From positions 1 through 64,000 of the forward strand of contig JALDZS010000032.1 in NCBI GenBank assembly GCA_022813965.1: DNA of 64,000 nt, written 5' to 3'. The first letter of the stretch is position 1. Each line of letters begins with the position of its first letter. This document shows, one piece after another, positions 13,518 through 25,198 of the stretch. The stretch comes from Toensbergia leucococca (Eukaryota). Under the pieces are notes generated by a model that saw nothing but the letters and a program-made list of their open reading frames with translations, was not told where the DNA came from and searched no databases. The position numbers were made by a program, and so were the translations under genes.

Positions 13518-14162
13518 TTCATGACTACTGGCGTAAACAGCTTTGTGAGGATTGGATAGATTTCTCATCGGTGAGTTTGTGGCGGGAAACAGCTGTGGTG
13601 TTTGTTTGGTTCATGGAGCGGATACCACTTTTACACGTTAGTTGAGCGAGTGTGTCTGATAGATTATGTGAATGAGGTGCAGCAGGAGAGTGTACATAGC
13701 CATGATGCTGAAACGATTTCTTTATTTGTGCATGTTTTTTTGTGCACATAGGGAAAGATATGAGTAGTTGTGTAATTATGCCATGTATAGACAATTGTGC
13801 GATGTATAAGATATAAGATAAGAGATAAGATATGCATCGGTTCACAAACTCTCCGATATCTCCGATGATATAGGGCTAGCACCAAGTCTGATTTAAATAT
13901 CAAATTGACATCAGACCGTCAGACGTTGCCTCGGTCGGCTTCGTAAGCTCCACAAAACTTAATGGGGACTTTTCGCTTTTCGCTTTTCGCCGACGCCGTT
14001 TCTTTGACAGCTCTCTGCTGCATATCCTTCCCTTCCCTTTCCTTTCCATCAAATGTAAAGTCAATGTCCTCATTGTTTGTCTACTCTTCTCTTTCTTTAC
14101 GCTCTGATGATTGACTTGATTGCCTTTCCGGCACTTAATCTTGGGATGCTTTAGTCTTACCC

Positions 14163-15367
14163 ATGACCATGATGAAATCCCCGTCCTTGGCCCGGCTGCG
14201 CCTCTTTCTACGTCTTGAAAGCCCCGGCGGTGTTTGGAGGCTCTTATGTATTGTTTTCGCTCTGCTGAATCTGAAGAGCCTACCATTTATGTGGCATGTA
14301 TGTGAAGCAAGAGTCTCCCAAAGCCTCAAGCCTCCCCTTCTAAACTCTTTGTATCCTTCTCAAACCACACAATTGAAGCTGAACAACCCTCCTAGGTTCG
14401 GCTCATTTCAGGCGCCATAAAACAATTTCTCATCTCCCCCTCCCGCTTCTCCCTCCCTCCCGTCCACCTCCCCCAAACCATCTTTCAACCTCTCATAACC
14501 ACCTCCCATGCCCCTCTCCTCGACTGCGACTACAATCTCCACAAATCAAATAGTACATATTTTATCGACCTAGATGTCTCGCGTCTGCATCTCGTATCCT
14601 GCCTTTGTCGGACCGGCATGGCCAAGGTGAAGACCGAGAGCGGAGGAAGAGGCATGGTGGGTATTATACTAGGTGGCGTGAGCTGTAGCTTTCGGAAAGA
14701 GATAAAGCCGTTTGAAGCCTACGAGGTTTGGAGCAGGGTGCTGTGCTGGGATCGCAAATGGATCTATATTGTCAGCCATTTCGTGCGCAAAGGCGTCCAA
14801 CCGAAAGGATACACGTTCCAACCATGGAAGAAACATAAGAGCCGGAAAGTCCCCGAGAATGGTACTGTCAATGGCACCGCCACTGCGCCTACCATGAAAT
14901 CGCCCCCACACTCCGCTATCTTTGCCTCTGCAATCTCCAAATATGTCTTCAAAAATGGCCGTCTTACGATCCCCCCCGCTAGAATCCTTCAAGGCTCGAA
15001 TCTTCTCCCGCCCAATCTTCCAGGTCACATCAACCCACCCGTCATAATATCTCCTCCTTCCGAATCGATTCCGACCAACAGAAATCCCACCCCCACCCCA
15101 GAAACAACATCCCTCGTCCCAATTCCTACATCCGTGCTTCCAGCATCTACACTCTCCGCCCCCCTTTCTACTGACACGGACGCCTTACTTGCCGCCTCTA
15201 CGCTCCCACACTCCAAATCCGACGAATGGAGTTGGGAGGACGTGGAGCGGGAGCGTGCACGTGGAATGCGCATTGCTGAGATGTGGGAGGGTTTGGATGC
15301 GCTGAATGGGGAGTTTACTGGCGGAGAGGAAATGGCGTTGGGAAGGTATTGGGATGTTATGTGGTGA
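14163..15367 (+). CDS. Hotdog-fold thioesterase-like protein (yeast YBR096W-like family); one intron at ~14298-14395
   Basis: LLNLKSLPFMWH|VR, DCDYNLHKSNSTYFIDLDVSR, GGVSCSFRKEIKPFEAYEVWSRVLCWDRKWIYIVSHF and SKYVFKNGRLTIPP. Confidence 0.85.
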
Positions 15368-16359
15368 GAGAGTGGGAAAGAGTAATCATGGTATGTTTGT
15401 TGAGTTGCTTAATGATCCGTTTACGAATCATGAAATTTCTTTGTGTTTTTTAGAACTTTGTTTTGCTATCTTCCTAGACCCCCATGCACAAAAAGCATCA
15501 TTGTCTGTTTTTAGCGACTCACTCTCAAACTGCGAGGCACAAAGCTCCCCTTAGATCAATCCATTCAATACTCACCTTTTTGAGTGCGTGAAGATGGATA
15601 TCCTGCTCGTTCGTGAGTCCTGTTTGCTTAGCGGCACTGACGAACTGGAATTTCCAAAAGTGAGCAGCGCACCTTGAGAACGTGGTGTCTTGCATACGGG
15701 GATCTCATGTATGTGTGTCCTAGGATGAGGCTTCTTCAATGAGAGATGAAAGATGCAATCGTTTAGTTTGATTCAGTACCTTTACTATCTCGTAGCTGAA
15801 AGAGGTATCAGAAAATGGATCTTGAGTAGATGAGTAGGATATTCAGGCTCCTGAGTGTTATTTGTTTTTTACACCTTCCCCGCCCCGGGCCCTGCCACTC
15901 AAATTTATATGTATATAGGTATTGTATTGTCTGATATGTAGAGCATGTATGGGGGTGGTACGGGGGGTGAACACTCACAGATATGTGACATATCTGTGGG
16001 CTTGGCAATAACTCGGGTAACTCGGAAAATAAATTTCCCCGTACGTCACCATTAAATACCATCCGACTACTCGTACTCGTACATCGATCTGCAAACCTAC
16101 AAAGTCCCTGATTGTCACATTCGACATCTATGACGACTTGGGTTAAGCTTAAGAGATTGGGTAGTCATGAAAAAGCTTACAGTATCCTCCAAGCCAGCCA
16201 CAACACTTCAAGTGCCCAGAAATACTCAGGAACGGGTTATCACAATTGTCACATCTTGTCAAATCAAACGCAACCGCTTTCTCTGATAGTCAAGAGCACA
16301 ACATCCTGAAGTCTCAATCATTACTATACTAAGCCAAAGGTGTTGCCCTCCACAACATC

Positions 16360-17478
16360 ATGGCAACCACAACCTTCCAACTGCCAACCTCCCAGTCCGC
16401 CGTCCAACTCGATGCATGCTCTGACCCATTATCTTCCATTCGCATCAACCAAGTCGCTAACCTTCCAGCCTTCCCAAAATCAGGCATCAACACAATCGTC
16501 CGTGTCCTCTATGCCTCAATCAACGGCATCGACTACAAGCTCCCCTCTATACCCTGGCCAATCCCGCGTCTAGTAATAGGTTCTTCGCCAATTATTCCCG
16601 GAATATCCTTTGTCGGTCGAGTCTGGAAGACAACCCACCCGGGCCTCAAAGCTGGCGACATGGTCTGGGGAAAGCACGATGCGCCTACAAAGTTCGGCGC
16701 TTGTGCCGAGTTTACGCTCATCAGCGGGGATCAGGGAATTGTCAAAATATCCGATGGATGGACGTCAGATCATCGGATTGATGAATTTGCCGGGGCTGCG
16801 GTCGTTGCTCTAACCGCGTTGCAGACGTTGCAGGCGGGAGATTTGCCGTACAACACGTCAGGCGGGCAAGCAACAGGCGGCAAGGTATTTATCAACGGTG
16901 GGAGTGGTGGTGTCGGGACATTTACAATACAGATGGCCAAGCAATGTCTTGGCTGTGAGAAGGTGGTTGTGAGCTGTTCTGGTGCCAACGCCGATTTCGT
17001 AAAAAGTCTCGGCGCTGATGAGGTGGTCGATTATCGCAATTGTGGCAATGCGAATCTCTCCGGATGGCTCAGGGACTGGTCAAAGCGGACGGGCGAAATG
17101 TTCGATGTCATCATTGACAATGTCGGTTCCGACTCGGATATTTACTGGCAGTGTCATCACTATCTGAAGGCTGATGGGGGTCAATACGTTCAGGTAGGCG
17201 CGGGAATGGATTTCGGAAGTTTTGCACTGTTGGCGAAGAAGATGTTTTGGCCTAGTGCCTTAGGTGGTGGGAAGAGGAAGTACCTATTTCTCGGTGCTCA
17301 GAACAAGAAGGAGGATTTTGAACTAATCGGTCGATGGATGGCGGAGGGCAAAATCAAGACTGTGATTGAGGACGACAATCGGTTTGATCTAGCAGATGCT
17401 AAGAAGGCGTATATGAAGCTCAGTAGTGGAAGGACAAGAGGCAAAATTGTCATAAAGATTGGTGCTGACAATGAGTAG
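16360..17478 (+). CDS. MDR-family NADPH:quinone oxidoreductase-like (zinc-free alcohol dehydrogenase-like) protein
   Basis: Intronless 372-aa ORF; ASINGIDYK, Rossmann motif VFINGGSGGVGTFTIQMAK, LGADEVVDY and C-terminal GRTRGKIVI. Confidence 0.92.
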   Translation: MATTTFQLPTSQSAVQLDACSDPLSSIRINQVANLPAFPKSGINTIVRVLYASINGIDYKLPSIPWPIPRLVIGSSPIIPGISFVGRVWKTTHPGLKAGDMVWGKHDAPTKFGACAEFTLISGDQGIVKISDGWTSDHRIDEFAGAAVVALTALQTLQAGDLPYNTSGGQATGGKVFINGGSGGVGTFTIQMAKQCLGCEKVVVSCSGANADFVKSLGADEVVDYRNCGNANLSGWLRDWSKRTGEMFDVIIDNVGSDSDIYWQCHHYLKADGGQYVQVGAGMDFGSFALLAKKMFWPSALGGGKRKYLFLGAQNKKEDFELIGRWMAEGKIKTVIEDDNRFDLADAKKAYMKLSSGRTRGKIVIKIGADNE

Positions 17479-17709
17479 TCGACTGTACGTTGATCCTGGA
17501 TGGTGGTTGGGAACGACACAGGTCGACTTAAGAAGGCCCATCAAGTCTGCAGACTGAGCGATAGCGATAGCGATACAGTGGAGTGTTGACGAACGAGAAA
17601 CATTGATTTATAATGATCTTAACGTGCGCTCAGAGTACTGTAAGCGGCAGCAATGATGCCGCCCTCGATGACGTGATTCGTCAACTACACGTCAGAAAGA
17701 CAAGCAATG

Positions 17710-18125
17710 GCAAACACTTGATCCTCACCAAAATCGACTGGCTGGACTTGTCAATAGCCAGAAAGTTCTGAGAGTGGCCTACTTCTCCAGTGAAGTGGGT
17801 CAATTAGAGAAAACCAGCTTCTCTTCATGCGCGGCAATGTCTAACTCATACATGTTTGCTGCAAGGAAAGAGATATGTTGACGCGATCAAAGGTAGATTA
17901 ATACAAAACCCCAGAATTTTCTCATGTCTTGGACCTGCGTCCCAGTGTATTCGAGACAGAGCTTGTTATGTTTATATTAATTTGTTCGTTCATCATCCAA
18001 TACTTTCCCGCTAAGTCTACCTACCTTTCACTCTTCTGAGCGGGGCCTGCCTGCAATGTTGGCCAGTGCAACGGATTCAGGCGACTTTAAGGAGTCAGTA
18101 GTCTGCAGAAGAAGTGTGAATGGCA
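17710..18125 (-). pseudogene. Degenerate tandem copy of the 3' (SH3-encoding) end of the neighbouring 18610-20793 gene
   Basis: 17780-17885 aligns by eye to 18780-18885 (aaccagcttctctt...tcataca...ttgctgcaaggaa). 18043-18115 aligns to 19023-19095 (ggcctgcctgca...tcaggcgacttt...gagtcag). It carries indels but keeps a GT donor at the equivalent position. Confidence 0.75.
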
Positions 18126-18609
18126 AACTTCCATCACTGTGAAAGGTCCTTGAATTTTCCCTGCCGTCCCACATGCAAATTAGCTCCCATCTCACCAAAA
18201 ACTCGCAGCCTACAGAACAAGGTAACCAAGGCCATCAGCTCGATAGTTGTACACTTATCTGTCTAAACCGAGAAGACAGGCCCGAGGAAGCTCCAACTCA
18301 GTCTGAAGGTTCCCGGCATAGAATAGAGGACGAGGAGTGCCAGTGCAGCCAGGGCATATAGATAGCAGAGCATGCCCTCCTAACTTGTCCTCTGTTTGCA
18401 CGATTGAGATGGAGAATAGGTGGTGAAATGACATTTTGGGTGGGTGATTTGAAACAACTATTATGTTCGTCCAACTTAGCACGAGTGCAAGCCTTACTCT
18501 CCCCTCTTCCTGGTGCTTGACTATCCTTACAATCATCATTCTCCTTCTGACAAAATAGTAGAACAAAGGAACTTACCTTATAGGCAGTATTTCCGAAAAA
18601 AAAGTCATT

Positions 18610-20793
18610 TCAGGATGACTCTATCTTGGTGAAATGCTTGCTCCAAATCCATCCGATATCATAATTGGGATCATCTTGGTTCCTGGCTAGCCAAAGCTCG
18701 CCTTTCTCTCCGATGACTTCAAATATCTGCGAGGGACATGTCAGCTAGTCTATGTAGTTACTGGACGTCGAGTTCTTGCACCTCTCCAGCGACGTAGGTC
18801 AAATAAGGATAACCAGCTTCTCTTTGTATGCGGTCAATGTTGAAGTCATACACGCTTGCTGCAAGGAATATGACATTGACATCTGTGGACGCCTTTTGAG
18901 GAAGGGTGTTGCCAACTACACTATCTTCTCGCGCCTTAGAGCTGCTTCCCCGTGAACTCGCGTGAGTGATAGTGTCATCTTTTGCTCCAACACCACGGAG
19001 TATTTGTGCAACCCTTCCAAGAGGCCTGCCTGCAGTTCTGGCTGGTGTAACATTCTCAGGCGACTTTGGAGAGTCAGCTGTCTTTGGAGGAAGTGCAGAG
19101 GAAAAAAGCCCATCATAAGAGTTCTGAACACGTTCTACATCGTGACCTACGGAATCTTGATAATCCTTGGATATTCCCGGCTTCTTCGACTGCCTAGGCT
19201 CTTGTTCCTGCAATTGCCCAAGTTCCTGGCGTTTCTCGTAACTATCAGACTCTTCGAATAAGTCCCTATCTAGGCTTGCTCCACTTTCTGTAGTGGCCGC
19301 CAATGAATCCAAGTCTTCATCAGACTCTTCATTGTCATTGGGGAGAGCAAAAAGGGCAAGCTCTTCGAAGTGATAGCCGAGATGCTTCTGGAGCTGATTC
19401 CTTCCAATTATCTCGAGACGGCAAAGTACACAATGGAGTTTCTCATCTCTAGAAATAGGGCTTGCTCGCATGTCAAGCAAGGCGGGTATTTGGGCATCAG
19501 TTATAGATACTGGCCAAAATGCCTTGAGGTGACTAGTCAGTTGCTCACCAGACTCAAATTTTCGATCGCAGTGGCCACTACAATGCCAAACTTTACGGTG
19601 TTTCTGTAGCTCGTGACTAAACCATTGACGACGGCTCGCATATGTCTCATCAGGTATAGCACATTCTTTGAAAGTACACATGTAGGGTTGAAGGTCTCTG
19701 TAGACGTGTTTCCTCCACTCATGCGTAGTTTCAGCAACCTCAATCCTGTAACAAAAAGGACATTCAAAGGGTTGTCCGTTGGAGGCTGCTTTAGGCATTG
19801 GAGGGAAATGTACTTTGGTTGGGCTCCCATGAGATGTCGCAAATGACGTTTCAGTCATGATACTCTGAACATCGCCATCAGTTGTTAGATCTCTCTCATC
19901 CTTGGATTGAGTCTTGGCAAACACCGATGCTGTCGTTTCGCTGGGGGCGGGACCATCATCGTTCTCGTCAACAACGTAGGCTAGCTTTGCTGCATGCAAT
20001 TCTCGATATTTGAAATATTGTCTTCGTCTTGATATCCCTCTCCCGAGCCTCTCAACTATCAATCGATCGGCGTTGGGGAATTTTTGTGCTACGTGTTCAA
20101 TATCGTAGCGCTCAAAAAAGGAAACATTGATGCTTGCCGACTTGAGATATCGATTATTCCATGTGGATTTTCGAACCGTCATAGAGAGTCTATACAGCGA
20201 AGTGATGACTTGCGAGATCTCCATAAAGATCTGTTGAATCTCGGATGGTCTTTCTGGCCGCGTGCCATCAGGTTCCGATCCAGTATCTGACGAGTCAGAA
20301 TCGATAGCACTGTCGAGGGGTTGACGAGAGCCGTTGGCAATAGACGATGCTGCACGGCATTAATGAAGAACTGAACATATGTACACAGCCAATGAAAGTC
20401 TTGTAAATCTATACAAAGTAGAAACATTCAGCGGTGAATTGACACCTAGGCATGGAGTTATGATGGGCAGGCAGGAAGAGACTCTTGACGGACTGGCCTA
20501 AGCGCAGTAGGATAAGTTAGGAGAATGACCCTACCGTCAAGAAGTAAGGCAGTCAGATCACGTAAGAGGTTTGCAAAGGTCAGCATGACATAAGATGCGC
20601 CTCTCAAACGGTAGTCCAATGATTTCTTTCCAGTCTGGTGCGCCCCGATATTTCCTGACCAAACCCTGAATCGGCCGGTACATTCAGTCAACTTGTTTTG
20701 TAATGAGGTGTCGGCGATTGCGAGGTGCAATGTGTTGAATGATTCTAGACAGCTGGCCACCCTGGTTGCTATTGATGCAACTGAGACCTCCAT
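18610..20793 (-). CDS. Fungal protein: helical N-terminal domain (RFRVWSGNIGAH...SLDYRLR family), C2H2-type zinc fingers and a C-terminal SH3 domain; 3 exons
   Basis: Exon 1 starts at 20793 and splices into ASSIANGS...MEISQVITSLYRLS. Zinc-finger-like FECPFC, WRKHVYRDLQPYMCTFKEC, WFSHELQKHR and CVLC...HLGYH. The last exon completes FLAASVYDFNID...YLTYVAGE|IFEVIGEKGELWLARNQDD...GWIWSKHF. Confidence 0.85.
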
Positions 20794-20990
20794 ACTCGAG
20801 CATTCTAGTTTGCTCACAGCAGATAGTCCTCATTCAGAGTTCTAGAGGTCAGCGCTACTTGTCAAGCATCTCCACTTTATCGCCAAATAGACTCTATTGC
20901 AGAGAGGGTGGTGGGAAAGATATTTGCTTCTCTGTTAGACTCGAGTGATAGGGAATATGCTACATTCAGGTGTGCAATAATTAGAGGTAA

Positions 20991-21790
20991 CTGATGCACT
21001 GACATCCCTTATGAAGAAAACATTTAGGCTGGTGATACGTGTACACCCCCTTTTGATACGTGTACACCCCCACCCCCCACCCCCCCACTACCCCTCGGGC
21101 GCAATATCACCGAGGGAAATTATATCATTCTGCACCACATCTTGTCTTGATTCCTTACCACTTCGCAAGCCATATATTTGTCCCATTTGCGTGTCATCTA
21201 GAAGCCAAATTACCTAGGAGAAAAATCGTGCTTTTCTACCACATTCTGAGTTGATTCCCTCACCCCCGGGCGCACGATCACCCCCCGGGCGCAAATACAT
21301 CATGATTTTGCAAGCTATCTACCTCCTTCCAAAACTGTGAAATACTCTGTTATGCACAGGCACGGTGACGTTTACATTTGCTCCTGCACCTCCCCCTCTA
21401 TTTTCTCACCCCTCTCAATCCCGCGGAATCATGAGGTGTAAGACATGCAAAGGTGCTAGAGAATTGAGGCAAAATGTTGTGCAGAACGATAAAAAATTCC
21501 CTTAGTAATTTTGCGCCCGAGCACTAGAATAGGTGGTTGGGGGGGGAGGGGGGTGGGGGTGGGGGGGTGTACAGGTATCAAAAGGGGGTGTACATGTATC
21601 ACCACCCAACATTTAATGCTTGATTCTAGCAAAACATGTTTAATACTATCAAAACATGTTTCACTCTAACGAAATATGTTTCATTCTTGAACAAAGATAC
21701 TTCTTTTGCATAGAGCACCTTATTTTTAGAACAAAACATGTTCTCTTCAGATAGATGTCACTGTATCAAATAGGGATATCAGTGTATCAG
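20991..21790. mobile_element. Older small TIR element interrupted by the 21027-21607 MITE
   Basis: 19-bp IR ctgatgcactgacatccct (20991-21009) vs agggatatcagtgtatcag (21772-21790), differing by 2 transitions. Internal AAAACATGTTT-type repeats at 21631-21745. Confidence 0.55.
21027..21607. mobile_element. MITE with long (~115-130 bp) imperfect TIRs and an 8-bp TSD (Mutator- or hAT-like)
   Basis: Left end GGCTGGTGATACGTGTACACCCCCTTTTGATAC... mirrors right end ...GTATCAAAAGGGGGTGTACATGTATCACCACCC. Identical AACATTTA flanks at 21019-21026 and 21608-21615. Confidence 0.88.
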
Positions 21791-22044
21791 CAGCCTAAAT
21801 ATATTCTACTAGACTTGAGACAGAGTCTGCCTGTAGTGCCTGGTAGTTCTAATTCTAAGGTATTCTATGTAGGCGGCACTGGCGGTAGCTCCAGGTAGGG
21901 ATGTCGTCCGCCTCGACTCAACCATTCTGCGCCACATATTCTCGTTACCCCATAGATAGAGCAGGGTTCGTCAACTAAAGTGCTCAATTGTGTCATTGCA
22001 CCACACTGACCGTAGTTCTAGGTGCTTTCAACATCAAGCATGCC

Positions 22045-24079
22045 ATGGCCGAGGCAGCCGGCCTTGTCCTCGGAGCAATCCCACTGGTCGTATCAGCACT
22101 CGAGCACTACGTCCAAGGTGTCGACACTATAGCTAAATGGTGGAGCTACAAGAGAGAGCTGACTAGTCTCGTCCGTGTCTTGGGCGCCGAACACGCCCGG
22201 TTCCTGGGCACCTGCGAGAAGCTTTTGGAAGGTCTTGTTACACCGGATGAGCTGGACAGCTTGGTTGCCCACCCCGGCGGCCCAGGATGGAAAGACGTTG
22301 AATTGGATAGGAAACTTAAAAGTCGACTGCAGAGGTCATATGGGGTCTATCTTGCATCTATTCAGGAGATGAAGCGTGCTGTGAAGGATTTGGAAGACAG
22401 ACTCGAACTTAACGCAAATGGGAAGGTTGGTCAATTTACTGCCACCAACATTTTATAGTGGAAGAACAGCAGCTCTCCCATGCCAATTGTATATCGCGCT
22501 GGGGACGTTTTTGTTCCATGCAGCCAAGCTTGTCATCTGTCTGTCAGAGTCTTACATTTTTATCGCTGACGAGTCATAGCCATTATGGGGTGATTATCAC
22601 ACTTTCAAGCACGAGTACAAGAGGGTCAAATTCAGCTTATCACGCCGACGGTATGCAGAGGCCCTGGCGATGATCGAGAAAAATAATGACCTACTTGCAA
22701 GCCTCACCGACCAAAATACAGAGCTAGAACCTGTGAGAAAGCGTAGGCGTCGACCCATCCAGCATTTTCGTGCTATTCATGAGCATGCTAGAAATTTGTA
22801 TAAAGTTATTGAACGGAGCTGGACGTGTGATTGCGGAGGTCTCCACAATGCAAACTTACGACTCGACGCGCGATTGTCCGCGCTTGACACTCCATTTATA
22901 AAGGCGATTCCGTCTCAAGGAGAATCAGTCTTAGAGTCGGTTCATTTCAAAGTTATATTCCCGGTCAACAGATGCGAACCTTTGATGAATGGTCCATGCT
23001 TATGGAGGGAGACTGAAATACGCCTCCTTGACCGAAACATATCAAGCTCCAAGACAGCGAAGTCGGTACCATCTAAACTTGTCGAGATAAGCTCCAACCA
23101 AAAAAAATTCTTCAAGGTTCCATCTATTTTCACATCCTCTGCTGCTAGTAGTAAGAAGGGCCATTCTAGTGCCATAAAATCGGCCGCACCAGCTAAACCC
23201 AAGAAATCTGTGAACTTTTCAGGTCTCGCTGTTGAGCCAGTATCGGGTCGCGATGGAATATGCTCCTCGATCTCGCAGCAGCATCTTTCTGATCTAAATC
23301 AGATCAGTAATTTCTGCCTTATAATGCAGCAATGCATGGACAGTACACTATATAACCAAAAATGCCTCGGATATCTTTACTTAGAGGGACAACAACCACT
23401 AGGTGTCTATCTAGCTCAAGAGCCGCAGCTTGATCATCGCCAGGATCAGGTCGCCTCACTGGCGCAGATATTCGCCAGTAGCAGTCTGGCTCAACAGGAG
23501 TCCACAGAGCCGCCAATGTCTCTTGTTCTTAACAGAGGTGATCGACTTCGATTGGCCCTCACCATAGCTTCCAGTGTACTTCAGCTATACAAGACCCCCT
23601 GGCTTCGCGAAGACTGGAGTAAACATGATATTTTGATCAACGAAGTCGGAAGGGATGCCCATTACAGACGGGCATATGTATCTGGGATGTTTGTTGCTAC
23701 AGCAACGGAGAAGCTCGCTCAACAGAAGGAAATGCATCACCTCGTCAGGAATGAGTCTCTCTTCGCTTTGGCCATCGTTCTCATTGAGCTCTGTCTTGGA
23801 CAAACCCTTGAGTCTATGAGAAGTCCCGACGACCCTCTGGACGCAACTCAGAATCCAAATGTCTTGACCGATTGGTGCACAGTGAATCGCATGCTCGAAG
23901 CCGTCTATAATGAGGCTGGCAAGCGCTATGGGGACGCGGTCAGAAGATGCGTCCATTGCGAGTTCGATCCGAGGAGAACGACGCTAGATGACGATGAATT
24001 CAGCCAGGCCGTGTATGATGGGGTGATCGCACCACTTGAAGATGTTGTAAAGGACTTTGACGGAATTTCATCTTTCTAA
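22045..24079 (+). CDS. Protein with HeLo-like N-terminus and a conserved fungal C-terminal domain of unknown function; intron at ~22426-22579
   Basis: Starts MAEAAGLVLGAIPLVVSALEHY, a HeLo/HELL-type hydrophobic N-terminal helix. C-terminal motifs: RLRLALTIASSVLQLYKTPWL, LFALAIVLIEL, GKRYGDAVRRCVHCEF and VYDGVIAPLE. Confidence 0.85.
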
Positions 24080-25198
24080 GCCTCAGAGCAGAGCTCAAAA
24101 ATGTCTCCTTGGACCACTAGGCTCAGTCTATGGACTACTAGAGTTTGACATACGCAGCAGGCATTGAACCGGGCATAATATCGATATAATTAGGAGGCAG
24201 GTCCTACAACAAAGTCCACGAGACCTTGGAATTTGAACTGCTAGAACTATCGAGGAAGAATACACGCCAGCAGCGTACAGATTGTAAAGGCCAGCCCCCA
24301 AACGAGAACGACAATAACTATCGCAAGCAAAAAAGTTGCTGCATGCGCCACGTGCCAAGGACCAAGTAGTGACAAGAAGAGGAGCGCGTCGAGGTGGACG
24401 TTAAACGCACTCATCTAGCTGGATGTCAAAGGCAGCATGTCCGGACATTCTAAAGCCATTCACGACTTTAGATTGCGGCGCTATTCTGACGCCTGCGACG
24501 ATATTTTTTTGACGCCTGTGATTTGATTCAACAACACCTACGCAAACGGCAGCGGGATCTTGATCAGGAAGTTGGATATCGCTATACATGACTCAGTCCT
24601 ATTACATGATATGAATAGGGTCACAGAGTTTTAGGGATAGAGGTCTGATGAGGCTCCCCCGTCCTTCAATATTTCTTTGATTGTGAGGGTAATAGGTGTT
24701 GTCAGAGTTCAGGTTGTAAGAGGGGTACAGGGGCTAGATGACATATCTTTGATATATTGACTGACTCTATGAAATTTTTCGTCCATAAGATATATTAGAA
24801 GCAGGGGACATATGATAGTCTATGACATTCTTCTACCCGATAATACATTTGAAAAGGAGTAATTGAAGGGTATGTCAGGCTGTACTTTCCTGAATGATCA
24901 GTCATGACTATTCTAAGGGCGCCTTAGTATTAAAGGGAGGATTTTCCTGATATTCAAGAAATGGAGGCCCCACTTACTGCTTATGAGCAGAAAGCAAGTG
25001 GTTTGTTCACAGATAGTTGAATTCATAGTAACAAGGAAGTGCAGAGTGACAGTACATATCTCAAAGGTTGATGGTCTCAAGCTTTTCAATGGTTCAGAGT
25101 ACCTGTTCCTAGAAAAAGGGAGATTTTATGCTGGACAACGCTGTAGTAAGTAGGGAAGGAGTCAGTAATAAATTTTGAGTTTTTGTCAGAGCCCACTA

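Noticed and set aside
24590..25190. AT-rich tract downstream of het-S, possible TE relic
   Set aside because: No TIR, LTR or protein motif could be identified.
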